The notes beneath the pieces were generated by a model. It searched no databases. It had not been told where the DNA came from and saw nothing but the letters and a program-made list of their open reading frames with translations. Below, piece by piece: positions 34,295-42,734 of a stretch of DNA of 64,000 nt (its first letter is position 1; every line of letters starts with the position of its first letter). The stretch lies in assembly GCA_963840545.1 (NCBI GenBank), contig CAWIZE010000006.1, positions 315,682-379,681 of the forward strand. The letters are read 5' to 3'. Position numbers and translations under genes: made by a program. This stretch comes from an uncultured Pseudomonadota bacterium (GTDB taxonomy: Bacteria > Pseudomonadota > Alphaproteobacteria > Acetobacterales > Acetobacteraceae).

Positions 34295-35464
34295 TTACAC
34301 GGCGAGCGATTCCATCTCGCGCCAGAGCGCCGCCTTGCCCTCGAACCCGACCCCCGGCAGCTCGGGCAGGGTGACGAAGCCGCCCTCGACGCGCGCCCCG
34401 TCGGGAAAGCCGCCATAGGGCTGGAAGAGATCGGGATAGTTCTCGTTGCCGCCGAGGCCGAGGCCGGCGGCGATCGCGAGCGACATCTGATGCCCGCCAT
34501 GGGGGATGCAGCGCAGCGGCGACCAGCCATGGGCGGCGAGCATGGCGAGCGTGCGGCGGTATTCGCAGAGCCCGTAGGAGAGGGCGCAGTCGAACTGCAG
34601 CCAGTCGCGGTCCGGGCGCATGCCGCCATAGCGGATCAGGTTGCGGGCGTCCTGGTGGCTGAAGAGATTCTCCCCCGTCGCCATCGGCCCCGGATAGATT
34701 TCTCCCAGTGTCGCCTGGAGGTGGAAGTCGAGCGGATCCCCGGCCTCCTCATACCAGAAGAGGGGAAAATCGCGTAACTGTTTGGCGTAGCTGATGGCCG
34801 TCTCGAGATCGAAGCGGCCGTTCGCGTCCACGGCCAATTGGGCGTCGGTGCCGATCTCGGCCAGCACCGCCTCGATCCGGCGGCAATCCAGGGCGAGCGG
34901 GGCGCCGCCGATCTTCATCTTCACGACCGTGTAGCCGCGGTCGAGATAGGAGCGCATCTCGCCGCGAAGCGCGGAGAGGTCTTTTCCCGCGTCGTAATAG
35001 CCGCCGGCGGCATAGACGAAGACGCGCGGATCGGGCGCGCGGTCGGCGCGCTCCGCCAGCAGGCGGAACAAAGGCCTGCGGGCGATTTTCGCGGTTGCGT
35101 CCCAGATCGCCATGTCGAGCGTGCCGACGGCGACCGAGCGCTCGCCATGCCCGCCCGGCTTCTCGTTGGCCATCATCACCGCCCAGACGCGGTCGGGGTC
35201 GAGGTTCTCGCCGGTCTCGTCGAGGAGTGCTGCGGGCGGGGCTTCGAGGATGCGCGGGGCGAAGCGCTCGCGGATCAGCCCGCCCTGGCCATAGCGACCG
35301 TTCGAGTTGAAGCCGTAGCCGATCACCGGCCGTCCGTCGCGCATGATGTCCGTCTCGACGGCGATCAGGCTGGTCGTCATCCGCGAGAAGTCGATATAGG
35401 CGTTGCGGATCGTCGAGGCGATCGGGGCGGTGCGTTCATGCACCGCGACAATTCGTAGGGACAT
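34295..35464 (-). CDS. enolase-superfamily enzyme, D(-)-tartrate dehydratase-like
   Basis: IRNAYIDFSRMTTSLIAVETD...GYGFNSNGRYGQGGLIRERFAPRILEA...NEKPGGHGERSVAVGTLDMAIWDA closely resembles Bradyrhizobium TarD as I recall it. Confidence 0.75.
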   Translation of the reverse strand: MSLRIVAVHERTAPIASTIRNAYIDFSRMTTSLIAVETDIMRDGRPVIGYGFNSNGRYGQGGLIRERFAPRILEAPPAALLDETGENLDPDRVWAVMMANEKPGGHGERSVAVGTLDMAIWDATAKIARRPLFRLLAERADRAPDPRVFVYAAGGYYDAGKDLSALRGEMRSYLDRGYTVVKMKIGGAPLALDCRRIEAVLAEIGTDAQLAVDANGRFDLETAISYAKQLRDFPLFWYEEAGDPLDFHLQATLGEIYPGPMATGENLFSHQDARNLIRYGGMRPDRDWLQFDCALSYGLCEYRRTLAMLAAHGWSPLRCIPHGGHQMSLAIAAGLGLGGNENYPDLFQPYGGFPDGARVEGGFVTLPELPGVGFEGKAALWREMESLAV

Positions 35465-35502
35465 TCGGCGGTTGCTCCGGCTGCTCTCAGGTCCGCCTGT
35501 CT

Positions 35503-36624
35503 TCAGGCGAGATCGGCCGCATCGTGCCGCGCCGGGGCGGGAGAAGCCAGATGCGGGGCGAGGCCGGCATCGAGCTCGGCGAGCAGGTGCGCTCCGAACG
35601 CGCTCCAGGCGGTGGTGGGCGCCGCCGTCGGCGACGGCGGGATCGGCTCGCGCGCGAGCCGGGCGAGGCAGTCGGCGAGCGAGGCGGGGTCGGGGTCGGC
35701 GAGGCGGGCGAGCCTTTCCGTCCCGAGCTGGGTCGCGAGGCCGCCGACCCGGGTCGCCACCACCCAGCGCCCGGCCGCGAGCGCGCCTGCGGCGACGCCG
35801 CTCTGGCTCGCCTCGCGATAGGGCAGCACGACGGCGTCGGCCCAGCCGAGCAGGGCGGCGATCTCCTCCTCGGGGACCCAGCGGTTCTCCACCGTGACGA
35901 AGTCGAGCGCGGCGAGGGCCGCGAGGGCGGGGCTCGCGGGCCCGCGCCCGACCACGCGGACGATGAAGAGGCCGGGGGGCAGGCGCTTGAGGGCGGCGGC
36001 GAGGAGGTCGAGGCCCTTGTAGCGGAGGAGGCGGCCGAAAAAGAGCAGATGGAGAGGACCGTCATGCGCGCCGCGCGCGGGCACGGGGCCGAAATCGAAG
36101 GGCGGGTGGGAGGCGAGGAGCAGCCGCTGGTCCGGGCCAAGACCCTGGGCGCGGAGACGCGCGGCGACGTGGGGCGAGAGCGCCACCAGCAAGGCGGCTT
36201 GGCGGGCGAGCCGGCGCTGCATTTGCATCTGCAGGGGGAGCCCATCGCCCGGATGGGTCTCGGCGTCATGGATCACGACCGCGAAGGGGATGCGGAGGCG
36301 GCGGAGCGCGCTGGCCATGAGCAGATCGAGCGGCGCCGGCATGGCGCAGACGGCGGCGTCCGGGCGCAGGGCGCCGACGCGGCGGGCGAGCTCGCCGATC
36401 CGCCACGGAGCAGCGGCGAGCTGGCCGAGCAGCCCAGCGAGGCCCCTATAGGTCGGGAAGGGGAGCGCGCAGGTGGGCGGCGCGCGGCCCTGGAGAAGCT
36501 CGGCCTGGGCGGAGAGCGAGAGGATGGCCTCGGTGCCGGGCAGGCGGCGGAGGCCGGCGGCGAGCTCGGCGGCGAAGCGCGGCCCGGCGCCGAATCGGCC
36601 CCAATGCCAGACCAGGATTTTCAC
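35503..36624 (-). CDS. glycosyltransferase (GT4/GT-B type)
   Basis: MKILVWHW..... N-terminus and a C-terminal VVLPYREASQSGVAAGALAAGRWVVATRVGGL donor-binding region. Confidence 0.7.
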   Translation of the reverse strand: MKILVWHWGRFGAGPRFAAELAAGLRRLPGTEAILSLSAQAELLQGRAPPTCALPFPTYRGLAGLLGQLAAAPWRIGELARRVGALRPDAAVCAMPAPLDLLMASALRRLRIPFAVVIHDAETHPGDGLPLQMQMQRRLARQAALLVALSPHVAARLRAQGLGPDQRLLLASHPPFDFGPVPARGAHDGPLHLLFFGRLLRYKGLDLLAAALKRLPPGLFIVRVVGRGPASPALAALAALDFVTVENRWVPEEEIAALLGWADAVVLPYREASQSGVAAGALAAGRWVVATRVGGLATQLGTERLARLADPDPASLADCLARLAREPIPPSPTAAPTTAWSAFGAHLLAELDAGLAPHLASPAPARHDAADLA

Positions 36625-37886
36625 CGACGCGCCTCTATCCCGATCCCGGCCAGCGCGCGTTGGAGGGGTGCTACGCCGAGACGGGAGAGCGCCATCGCGC
36701 GGCCCTGCGCGCCGAGGCCGGCGCGGGCGGCCGGATCGTCAGCGAGGCGGGCGAGATGGCGGGCGGCCTGCCCGATGTCGGGCTCGGCCCAGACGGCGCC
36801 GGGGGCCTCGTAGACGCCGCGCGGATCGAGAGCCGGGATGAGCCGGTAGCCGACGAGGGCCGCGCTCGTCTCGTCCATGAAGTCGAGATTGCCGGACCAA
36901 CCGGTCGCGACCACGGGCTTGCCGAGCAGCATGGCCTCGGCCGGGACGAGGCCGAAGCCCTCGCTGCGATGGAGGCTCAGCACGATGTCCGCCGCCTGGG
37001 TCAGGGCGTGGTTGTCTGCCGTGGCAAGGGTCTCGGTGAAGAGGCGCACATTGGGCAGTTCGGACACCATCGCGGCGAGCTGAGAAAAATCCTCGCGGGC
37101 GGAGCCCGGGTTGCCGACCTTGAGCAGCAGCAGCCGGTCGGGGCGGGGACCGAAGGCCGCCCGGAACGCCGCTACCGCCGCCTGCGGGTTCTTCCGCACA
37201 TAGCTCGAGGAGATGCTGAACGAGACGAGCACGATCACCGCGTCTGGGGGCAGGCCGAAGGCCTGGCGATCGCGCGCGGAGGGAGTGGGCGGGGCGATCG
37301 CGAGCGGATAGGGCACCACCCGGACACGGCCCGGCAGGAGCGGCTCCACCGCGCCGGCGGTGAAATTCGAGGACACCCAGGCCTCGTGCACGAAGCGCGC
37401 GCCGGCCTTCCAGGTGGGCGGCACCGTGCCGAGCTCCCAGTTCCAGAAGCCGATCATTCGCCGGCCCCGTACCAGCCGGCGGTTCTGGTGCAGCAGCACC
37501 CAGGGCAGCATTGCCGGGTTGACGTGCAGCGCGAGCGCGGCACCTTCCGGCGGCTCCGAAGGCGCGGGGGGCGGGAGGTCGGACGCCGCGCCGGGCCACA
37601 TCGGCCCGGTGATGTCGAGCGGCCAGGCGCCGATGCCAAGATGCTCGAGCGCCCGGATCATCAGCCGTGCGCCCTCGCCGAGCCCGGAGGAGCGGGAAAG
37701 CTCGCCGGCGACGATGAGCCCCGGCGGCAGCCCGGGCCCGGCCGGCGGGGCGGCGCGGTCCGGGCGCGGGGCGAGGAGCGCCATCGTCTCGGCGAAGAGA
37801 CGCCGCCGCGCGCCGGCCGGCAGGAGGCGCCAGAGCCGATGTGGGAGGGTGAGGGGCGCTGCGAGGGCGCTTGGCATGCGGAGCAT
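36621..37886 (-). CDS. glycosyltransferase (GT4 type)
   Basis: LSLHRSEGFGLVPAEAMLLGKPVVATGWSGNLDFM is the EX7E-type motif region. The start is uncertain (37886, 37877 or 37922). Confidence 0.7.
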   Translation of the reverse strand: MLRMPSALAAPLTLPHRLWRLLPAGARRRLFAETMALLAPRPDRAAPPAGPGLPPGLIVAGELSRSSGLGEGARLMIRALEHLGIGAWPLDITGPMWPGAASDLPPPAPSEPPEGAALALHVNPAMLPWVLLHQNRRLVRGRRMIGFWNWELGTVPPTWKAGARFVHEAWVSSNFTAGAVEPLLPGRVRVVPYPLAIAPPTPSARDRQAFGLPPDAVIVLVSFSISSSYVRKNPQAAVAAFRAAFGPRPDRLLLLKVGNPGSAREDFSQLAAMVSELPNVRLFTETLATADNHALTQAADIVLSLHRSEGFGLVPAEAMLLGKPVVATGWSGNLDFMDETSAALVGYRLIPALDPRGVYEAPGAVWAEPDIGQAARHLARLADDPAARAGLGAQGRAMALSRLGVAPLQRALAGIGIEARR

Positions 37887-38026
37887 TAGGTGCCGGCCCA
37901 ATCCACGGCCGGCAAGCCCCACATATCTCGTTCCAAGGGCGGCGGCGGACTTCCGCGAGAGGAATCTCTCGATTAGGCTGACAGGTCACGGCCGGGAAGC
38001 GGGCCAAAAACCGGGGAGGCTAGGCG

Positions 38027-39283
38027 ATGTCGATCACCAGGCGTGGTGTGTTGGCGATTCCGGCGCTTGCGGCGGTGCCGGCGGCGATGCCGGCTCCCGC
38101 GGGGGCGGCGGCTCCGGTCAGGATCGGATATATCGAGCCGCTTACCGGCAATGCCGCGTCGGCCGGGCAATCGATCAAGCAGGGGGTCGAGCTTGCGCTC
38201 GACATCATCAACACCCCGCATCCGGACCTTGCCTCCCTGCCGCTGGCCGCGGGGGCGGGGTTGCCGCGGCTCGGCGGGGCCGCGGTGGACGTGGTCTGGG
38301 CGGACAACCAGGGCAGCCCCGCGGTCGGGCAGGGCGACGCGCTCCGGCTCATCACCCAGGACCACGTGGTGGCGCTCTGCGGCGCCTACCAGTCGAACGT
38401 CACGCTGACGGCGAGCGCGGTCGCCGAGCGCTACGGCATTCCGTTCATGACCGGGGAATCGGTCGCCGCCAACCTCACCGAGCGCGGCTACAAATGGTTC
38501 TTCCGCACCACCCCGTTCGGGCCCGACTTCGGCAAGCTCTATCTCGATTTTCTTGCCGATGTCGCGAAAACGGGCATGGCAACCGGGAAAATCGCGATCG
38601 TGCACGAGAACACCGACTACGGCACGTCGGTGGCGGGCTCGATCACCGACGCGGCGAAGGCGCGCGGCCAGGCGATCGCGCAGACGATCTCGTACAACGC
38701 CAACGGGACGGACGTCTCGCCGCAGGTGCTGGCACTGAAGAACGGCAAGCCCGACGTTGTCATCTTCGTCAGCTACACCTCGGATTCCATTCTCTACATG
38801 AAGACCTTCCACACGCTCGGCTATCGCCCGCCGATCGTGATCGGGGATGATTCGGGCTTCTCCGACCCCGCCTTCGCCAAGGCCGTCGGCAACCTCGCCC
38901 AGGGCGCGCTCAACCGCAGCGCCTTCGTTCCCGGCAAGCCGGACAGCCTCACCTACAAGGTGAACGCGCTCTTCCGGCAGAAGACCGGGCGCGACCTCGA
39001 CGACACGACGGCGCGCTCGATGGAGGGCTTCTTCGTGCTCTGCGATGCGATCAACCGCGCGGGCTCGACCCGGCCGGACGCGATCCGCGCCGCCCTCGTC
39101 GCGACCGATTTGCCCGCGAGCGCGCTGATGATCGGCTACAAAGGCGTAAAATTCGACGCGTCGGGGCAGAACACGCTTGCCTATTCGCTGATGATTCAGC
39201 TCCAGGGACCGGGATATGTGCCGGTCTGGCCGCTCGAGGAGGCAACGGCGAAGCTCGAGCTTCCCTTCAAGGGCTGGACCTGA
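38027..39283 (+). CDS. ABC transporter substrate-binding protein (branched-chain amino acid/LivK-like)
   Basis: Tat/Sec-like signal MSITRRGVLAIPALAAVPA. Peripla_BP_6-like IGYIEPLTGNAASAGQS. LivHMGF-type genes follow. Confidence 0.8.
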   Translation: MSITRRGVLAIPALAAVPAAMPAPAGAAAPVRIGYIEPLTGNAASAGQSIKQGVELALDIINTPHPDLASLPLAAGAGLPRLGGAAVDVVWADNQGSPAVGQGDALRLITQDHVVALCGAYQSNVTLTASAVAERYGIPFMTGESVAANLTERGYKWFFRTTPFGPDFGKLYLDFLADVAKTGMATGKIAIVHENTDYGTSVAGSITDAAKARGQAIAQTISYNANGTDVSPQVLALKNGKPDVVIFVSYTSDSILYMKTFHTLGYRPPIVIGDDSGFSDPAFAKAVGNLAQGALNRSAFVPGKPDSLTYKVNALFRQKTGRDLDDTTARSMEGFFVLCDAINRAGSTRPDAIRAALVATDLPASALMIGYKGVKFDASGQNTLAYSLMIQLQGPGYVPVWPLEEATAKLELPFKGWT

Positions 39284-39305
39284 GCCGCCTGCCCCGTCCG
39301 GCCGG

Positions 39306-40163
39306 ATGATCCTGCTTCAGCTCGCGGTGGACGGGCTCCTGCTCGGCGCCGTCTATGCGCTCTTCTCCTCGGGGCTGACGCTGATCTGGGGGATGATGAA
39401 CGTCGTCAACTTCGCGCACGGCGACTTCGTGATGCTGGCGATGTACGTGGCGTTCTTCGCCTTCACCCTGCTCAAGGTCGGGCCGATCGTCTTCGTGCCG
39501 CTGGCGGCGGTGGTGCTGTTCGGGCTCGGTGTCGTCGTCTACCTCGCCTTGGTGCGGCACGTGATGCGCGGACCGATGCTGGCGCAGATCCTCTCGACGT
39601 TCGGGCTCGCACTTTTTCTGAGGTATTCGGCGCTCTGGGCCTTCTCGGCGAACTTCGTCTCGCTCCCCGACGGGCTGGTCGGCGGCGTCTATGATGTCGG
39701 CGGGATCCGCCTCTCCGCCTCGCGCCTTCTGGCGGGCGCGACGGCGCTCGTGCTGACCCTCGGGATGCATCTGCTGCTGACGCGGACCGATCTCGGCAGC
39801 CGCATGCTCGCCGTTTCCGAGGACCGCGTGGCGGCAGCCCTGGTCGGCATCCGCGCCGACCCGATGCAGGCGCTGGCGTGGGGGCTTGGGGCGGCGGCGA
39901 CGGGGGTCGCGGGCGGACTGATCGTGCTCTTCTTCTACGTCTCGCCGGAGGTCGGCAATTCCTTCACGCTGCTCGCCTTCGTCACCGTCTGCCTCGGCGG
40001 GTTCGGCAGCGTTCCGGGGGCGTTGATCGCGGGGCTGGCGATCGGCGTGATCGAGTCCTTTTCCGCCTATTGGCTCGGGCCGGCGACCAAGGACGTGGTG
40101 GTGTTCGGGCTTTTCGTCGTGCTGCTCTGGGTGCGGCCCCAGGGCCTGCTCGGGCGCGCATGA
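39306..40163 (+). CDS. livH: branched-chain amino acid ABC permease (LivH-like)
   Basis: LLLGAVYALFSSGLTLIWGMMNVVNFAHGDF is the canonical LivH N-terminus. Confidence 0.85.
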   Translation: MILLQLAVDGLLLGAVYALFSSGLTLIWGMMNVVNFAHGDFVMLAMYVAFFAFTLLKVGPIVFVPLAAVVLFGLGVVVYLALVRHVMRGPMLAQILSTFGLALFLRYSALWAFSANFVSLPDGLVGGVYDVGGIRLSASRLLAGATALVLTLGMHLLLTRTDLGSRMLAVSEDRVAAALVGIRADPMQALAWGLGAAATGVAGGLIVLFFYVSPEVGNSFTLLAFVTVCLGGFGSVPGALIAGLAIGVIESFSAYWLGPATKDVVVFGLFVVLLWVRPQGLLGRA

Positions 40164-41140
40164 GGGTCCTCCCAGGCTTTGTCCCCCGGGCTGCGCTGAT
40201 CGGGTGCGCGATCCTGCTCATGATCGCTCCCGTGTTGAGCGGCAACCCATTCTACCAAAGGATCGCGGCGCTGGTGGTGCTGGCGGCGATCTCGGCCTCG
40301 GCGTGGAACGTGATTGGCGGCTATGCCGGCCAGGTCTCGTTCGGGCACGCGGTCTATTTCGGTATCGGCGGCTACGCGGCGCTCCTTTCCTTCACCAAGC
40401 TCGGCCTGCCGCCGATCGCCGGCGCGCCGCTCGGCATGCTCGCGAGCCTCGTGCTGTCGGTGATCGTCGGGGTGCCGAGCTTCCGGCTGCGCGGGCATTA
40501 CTTCTCGATGGCGACGATCGCGATCGCGGCGCTGGCGGAGCTGCTCGTCACCAACTGGGGATGGGCGGGCGGAGCGATCGGGCTGATGGGCCCGGCGACG
40601 CCGCGCTCGACGGCCGACCTCCTGTTTCGGAGCGCGCTTCCCTATTACGCGATCTTTCTCGTCGTGCTCGCCGTGCTGCTCGCGCTCACCTGGTGGATGC
40701 AGCGGAGCCGGATGGGCTTCTATCTGCGCGCGCTCGGGACGGGCGAGCGAGCGGCGGAGAGCCTCGGCGTGCCGATCCGGCGCTACAAGCTCTATGCGCT
40801 CTTCATCTCCGGCGCCTTCACCGCTCTCGCCGGCTCGCTCTATGCGGTGATGATCGGATTCATCGATCCGGACAGCGGATTCGGGATCCTCGTCTCGGTG
40901 AACATGGTGGTGATGGCGGCGCTCGGCGGGGCGGGGACGTTGTTCGGCCCGCTCGCCGGGGCGATCATCCTGGTGCCGCTCGAGGAGACGACGAACGCGC
41001 TGCTCGGCGGCGGGGGCACGGGTGCGGCCTATGTCGCCTATGGCATCATCATCATGTTGATCGCGCGCTTCAGCCCGGGCGGGCTCGCGCAATGGGTGCC
41101 GCGTATCGCTTCGGGAAGGCGGGCGCGGCGTGCTGCTTGA
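40160..41140 (+). CDS. livM: branched-chain amino acid ABC permease (LivM-like)
   Basis: NVIGGYAGQVSFGHAVYFGIGGYAA is the LivM signature. ATGA overlap with livH. Confidence 0.85.
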   Translation: MRVLPGFVPRAALIGCAILLMIAPVLSGNPFYQRIAALVVLAAISASAWNVIGGYAGQVSFGHAVYFGIGGYAALLSFTKLGLPPIAGAPLGMLASLVLSVIVGVPSFRLRGHYFSMATIAIAALAELLVTNWGWAGGAIGLMGPATPRSTADLLFRSALPYYAIFLVVLAVLLALTWWMQRSRMGFYLRALGTGERAAESLGVPIRRYKLYALFISGAFTALAGSLYAVMIGFIDPDSGFGILVSVNMVVMAALGGAGTLFGPLAGAIILVPLEETTNALLGGGGTGAAYVAYGIIIMLIARFSPGGLAQWVPRIASGRRARRAA

Positions 41141-41858
41141 GGCGAGCGGCATCGTCAAGGCGTTCGGGAGCTTCCGCGCAGTGGACGGGGCGGATCTGGC
41201 ACTCGCCGAGAACGAGCTGATCGGGCTGATCGGGCCGAACGGGGCGGGGAAGAGCACCTTCTTCAACTGCCTGGCGGGCGAGGCGCGGCCGACACTGGGA
41301 AGCATCCGGTTCCGCGGGGTGGACGTAACGGCGCTCTCGCCGGCGGCGCATGCGCGGCTCGGGCTTGCGCGGACCTTCCAGGTGCCGGTCGTGTTCGAGG
41401 GCATGAGCGTGCGCGAGAACGTGATGGTGGGTGCGTTCCTGCGCCATCCGGCACGGCGGCTGGCCGCGGAGAAGGCGGACGAGGTGCTGGAGTTCACCGG
41501 GCTGGCTGCGCAGGCGCAGACGCCGGCGACCGCGCTTGGAACGGCGGGGCGCAAGCGGCTCGGGATCGCGCGGGCGCTGGCGACGGAGCCCTCCCTGCTG
41601 CTGCTCGACGAAGCGCTGGCGGGGCTCACGTCGGCGGAGGTGGAGGGCGCGATCGCGCTGGTGGCCCGCATCCACGCGCGCGGCATCACGCTGGTCGTCG
41701 TCGAGCACATCATGGAGGTAATCCATCGCCTCACCCGGCGTGTTCTGGTGTTCAACCAGGGGCGCGTGATCGCGCAGGGAACGCCGGCGGAGGTGACGGC
41801 GGATCCGGCGGTGATCGAGGCCTATCTCGGGCGCCGCGCCCACAGGCTCGCGAAATGA
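41130..41858 (+). CDS. livG: ABC ATPase (LivG-like)
   Basis: Walker A GPNGAGKST, signature/Walker B region LLLLDEALAGL, and a C-terminal AYLG tail. Confidence 0.88.
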   Translation: MLLEASGIVKAFGSFRAVDGADLALAENELIGLIGPNGAGKSTFFNCLAGEARPTLGSIRFRGVDVTALSPAAHARLGLARTFQVPVVFEGMSVRENVMVGAFLRHPARRLAAEKADEVLEFTGLAAQAQTPATALGTAGRKRLGIARALATEPSLLLLDEALAGLTSAEVEGAIALVARIHARGITLVVVEHIMEVIHRLTRRVLVFNQGRVIAQGTPAEVTADPAVIEAYLGRRAHRLAK

Positions 41859-42577
41859 GCGACGTGCTGCTCAGAGTCTCGAATCTGGCCGTGCGCTACG
41901 GTGATCTCGTCGGCGTGGCCGACGTCTCGTTCGAGGTTGCCGAGGGCGCGGTGGTGGCGCTGCTGGGCGCGAACGGCGCGGGCAAGACGACGACGTTGAA
42001 TGCGCTCGCGGGGCTGGTCCGGCCGGCCGGCGGGACGATCGCGTGGCGGGGCGTGCGGATCGATGGGCTGGCCGCGCACGCGATCGTAGCCAAGGGGATC
42101 GCGCTTTCGCCGGAGGGCTGGCGGCTCTTCGTGCAGCAGACGGTGGAGCAGAATTTACGGCTGGGGGCAACAGCGCTCGCCGAACGGGCGCGGCTTGCGC
42201 CTCTGCTCGAGCGCGTTTTTTCCCTGTTTCCCCGCCTTGCCGAGCGCAGGCGGCAGAGCGCGGGAACGCTTTCGGGGGGCGAGCGGCAGATGCTCGCGGT
42301 GGGGCGTGCCCTGATGAGCGATCCCAAGCTTCTCATGCTCGACGAACCGAGCCTTGGCCTCGCGCCCGCCGTCGTGGACGTGATGTACGAGACGCTCGGA
42401 CGGCTGAGCGCCGCGGGGCTCACGCTGCTGATCGCCGAGCAGTCGATGGAGCTGGCGCTCGAGATCGCCGACCGAGCGACGGTCTTGCAGACGGGGCGGA
42501 CGGTGCTTTCCGGCACCGCACGCGAGATCGCGGAAAATCCGGACCTGCATCGGGCGTATCTCGGCGCGGCGCTGTAG
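41855..42577 (+). CDS. livF: ABC ATPase (LivF-like)
   Basis: Walker A GANGAGKTT, signature LSGGERQML, Walker B LLMLDEPS. Confidence 0.88.
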   Translation: MSDVLLRVSNLAVRYGDLVGVADVSFEVAEGAVVALLGANGAGKTTTLNALAGLVRPAGGTIAWRGVRIDGLAAHAIVAKGIALSPEGWRLFVQQTVEQNLRLGATALAERARLAPLLERVFSLFPRLAERRRQSAGTLSGGERQMLAVGRALMSDPKLLMLDEPSLGLAPAVVDVMYETLGRLSAAGLTLLIAEQSMELALEIADRATVLQTGRTVLSGTAREIAENPDLHRAYLGAAL

Positions 42578-42697
42578 CCGGATGCGCTCGAGATCGATAT
42601 CACCTCTGGCGGGATCGGGCAGCCGGCGAACTCGTGCGCGGGCTGCTCGGCGCTTCGCTGACCGCCAAAGCCGTGAAACTGATCGCCAAGTCGAAGG

Positions 42698-42734
42698 CTA
42701 GAGCGCGATGATCAAAAAAATCACAGCGCTCTAG
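42698..42734. terminator. hairpin between convergent livF and the P-type ATPase
   Basis: CTAGAGCGC (42698-42706) pairs with GCGCTCTAG (42726-42734). There is an inner TGAT/ATCA pair and an A7 loop. It overlaps the ATPase stop codon. Confidence 0.5.
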
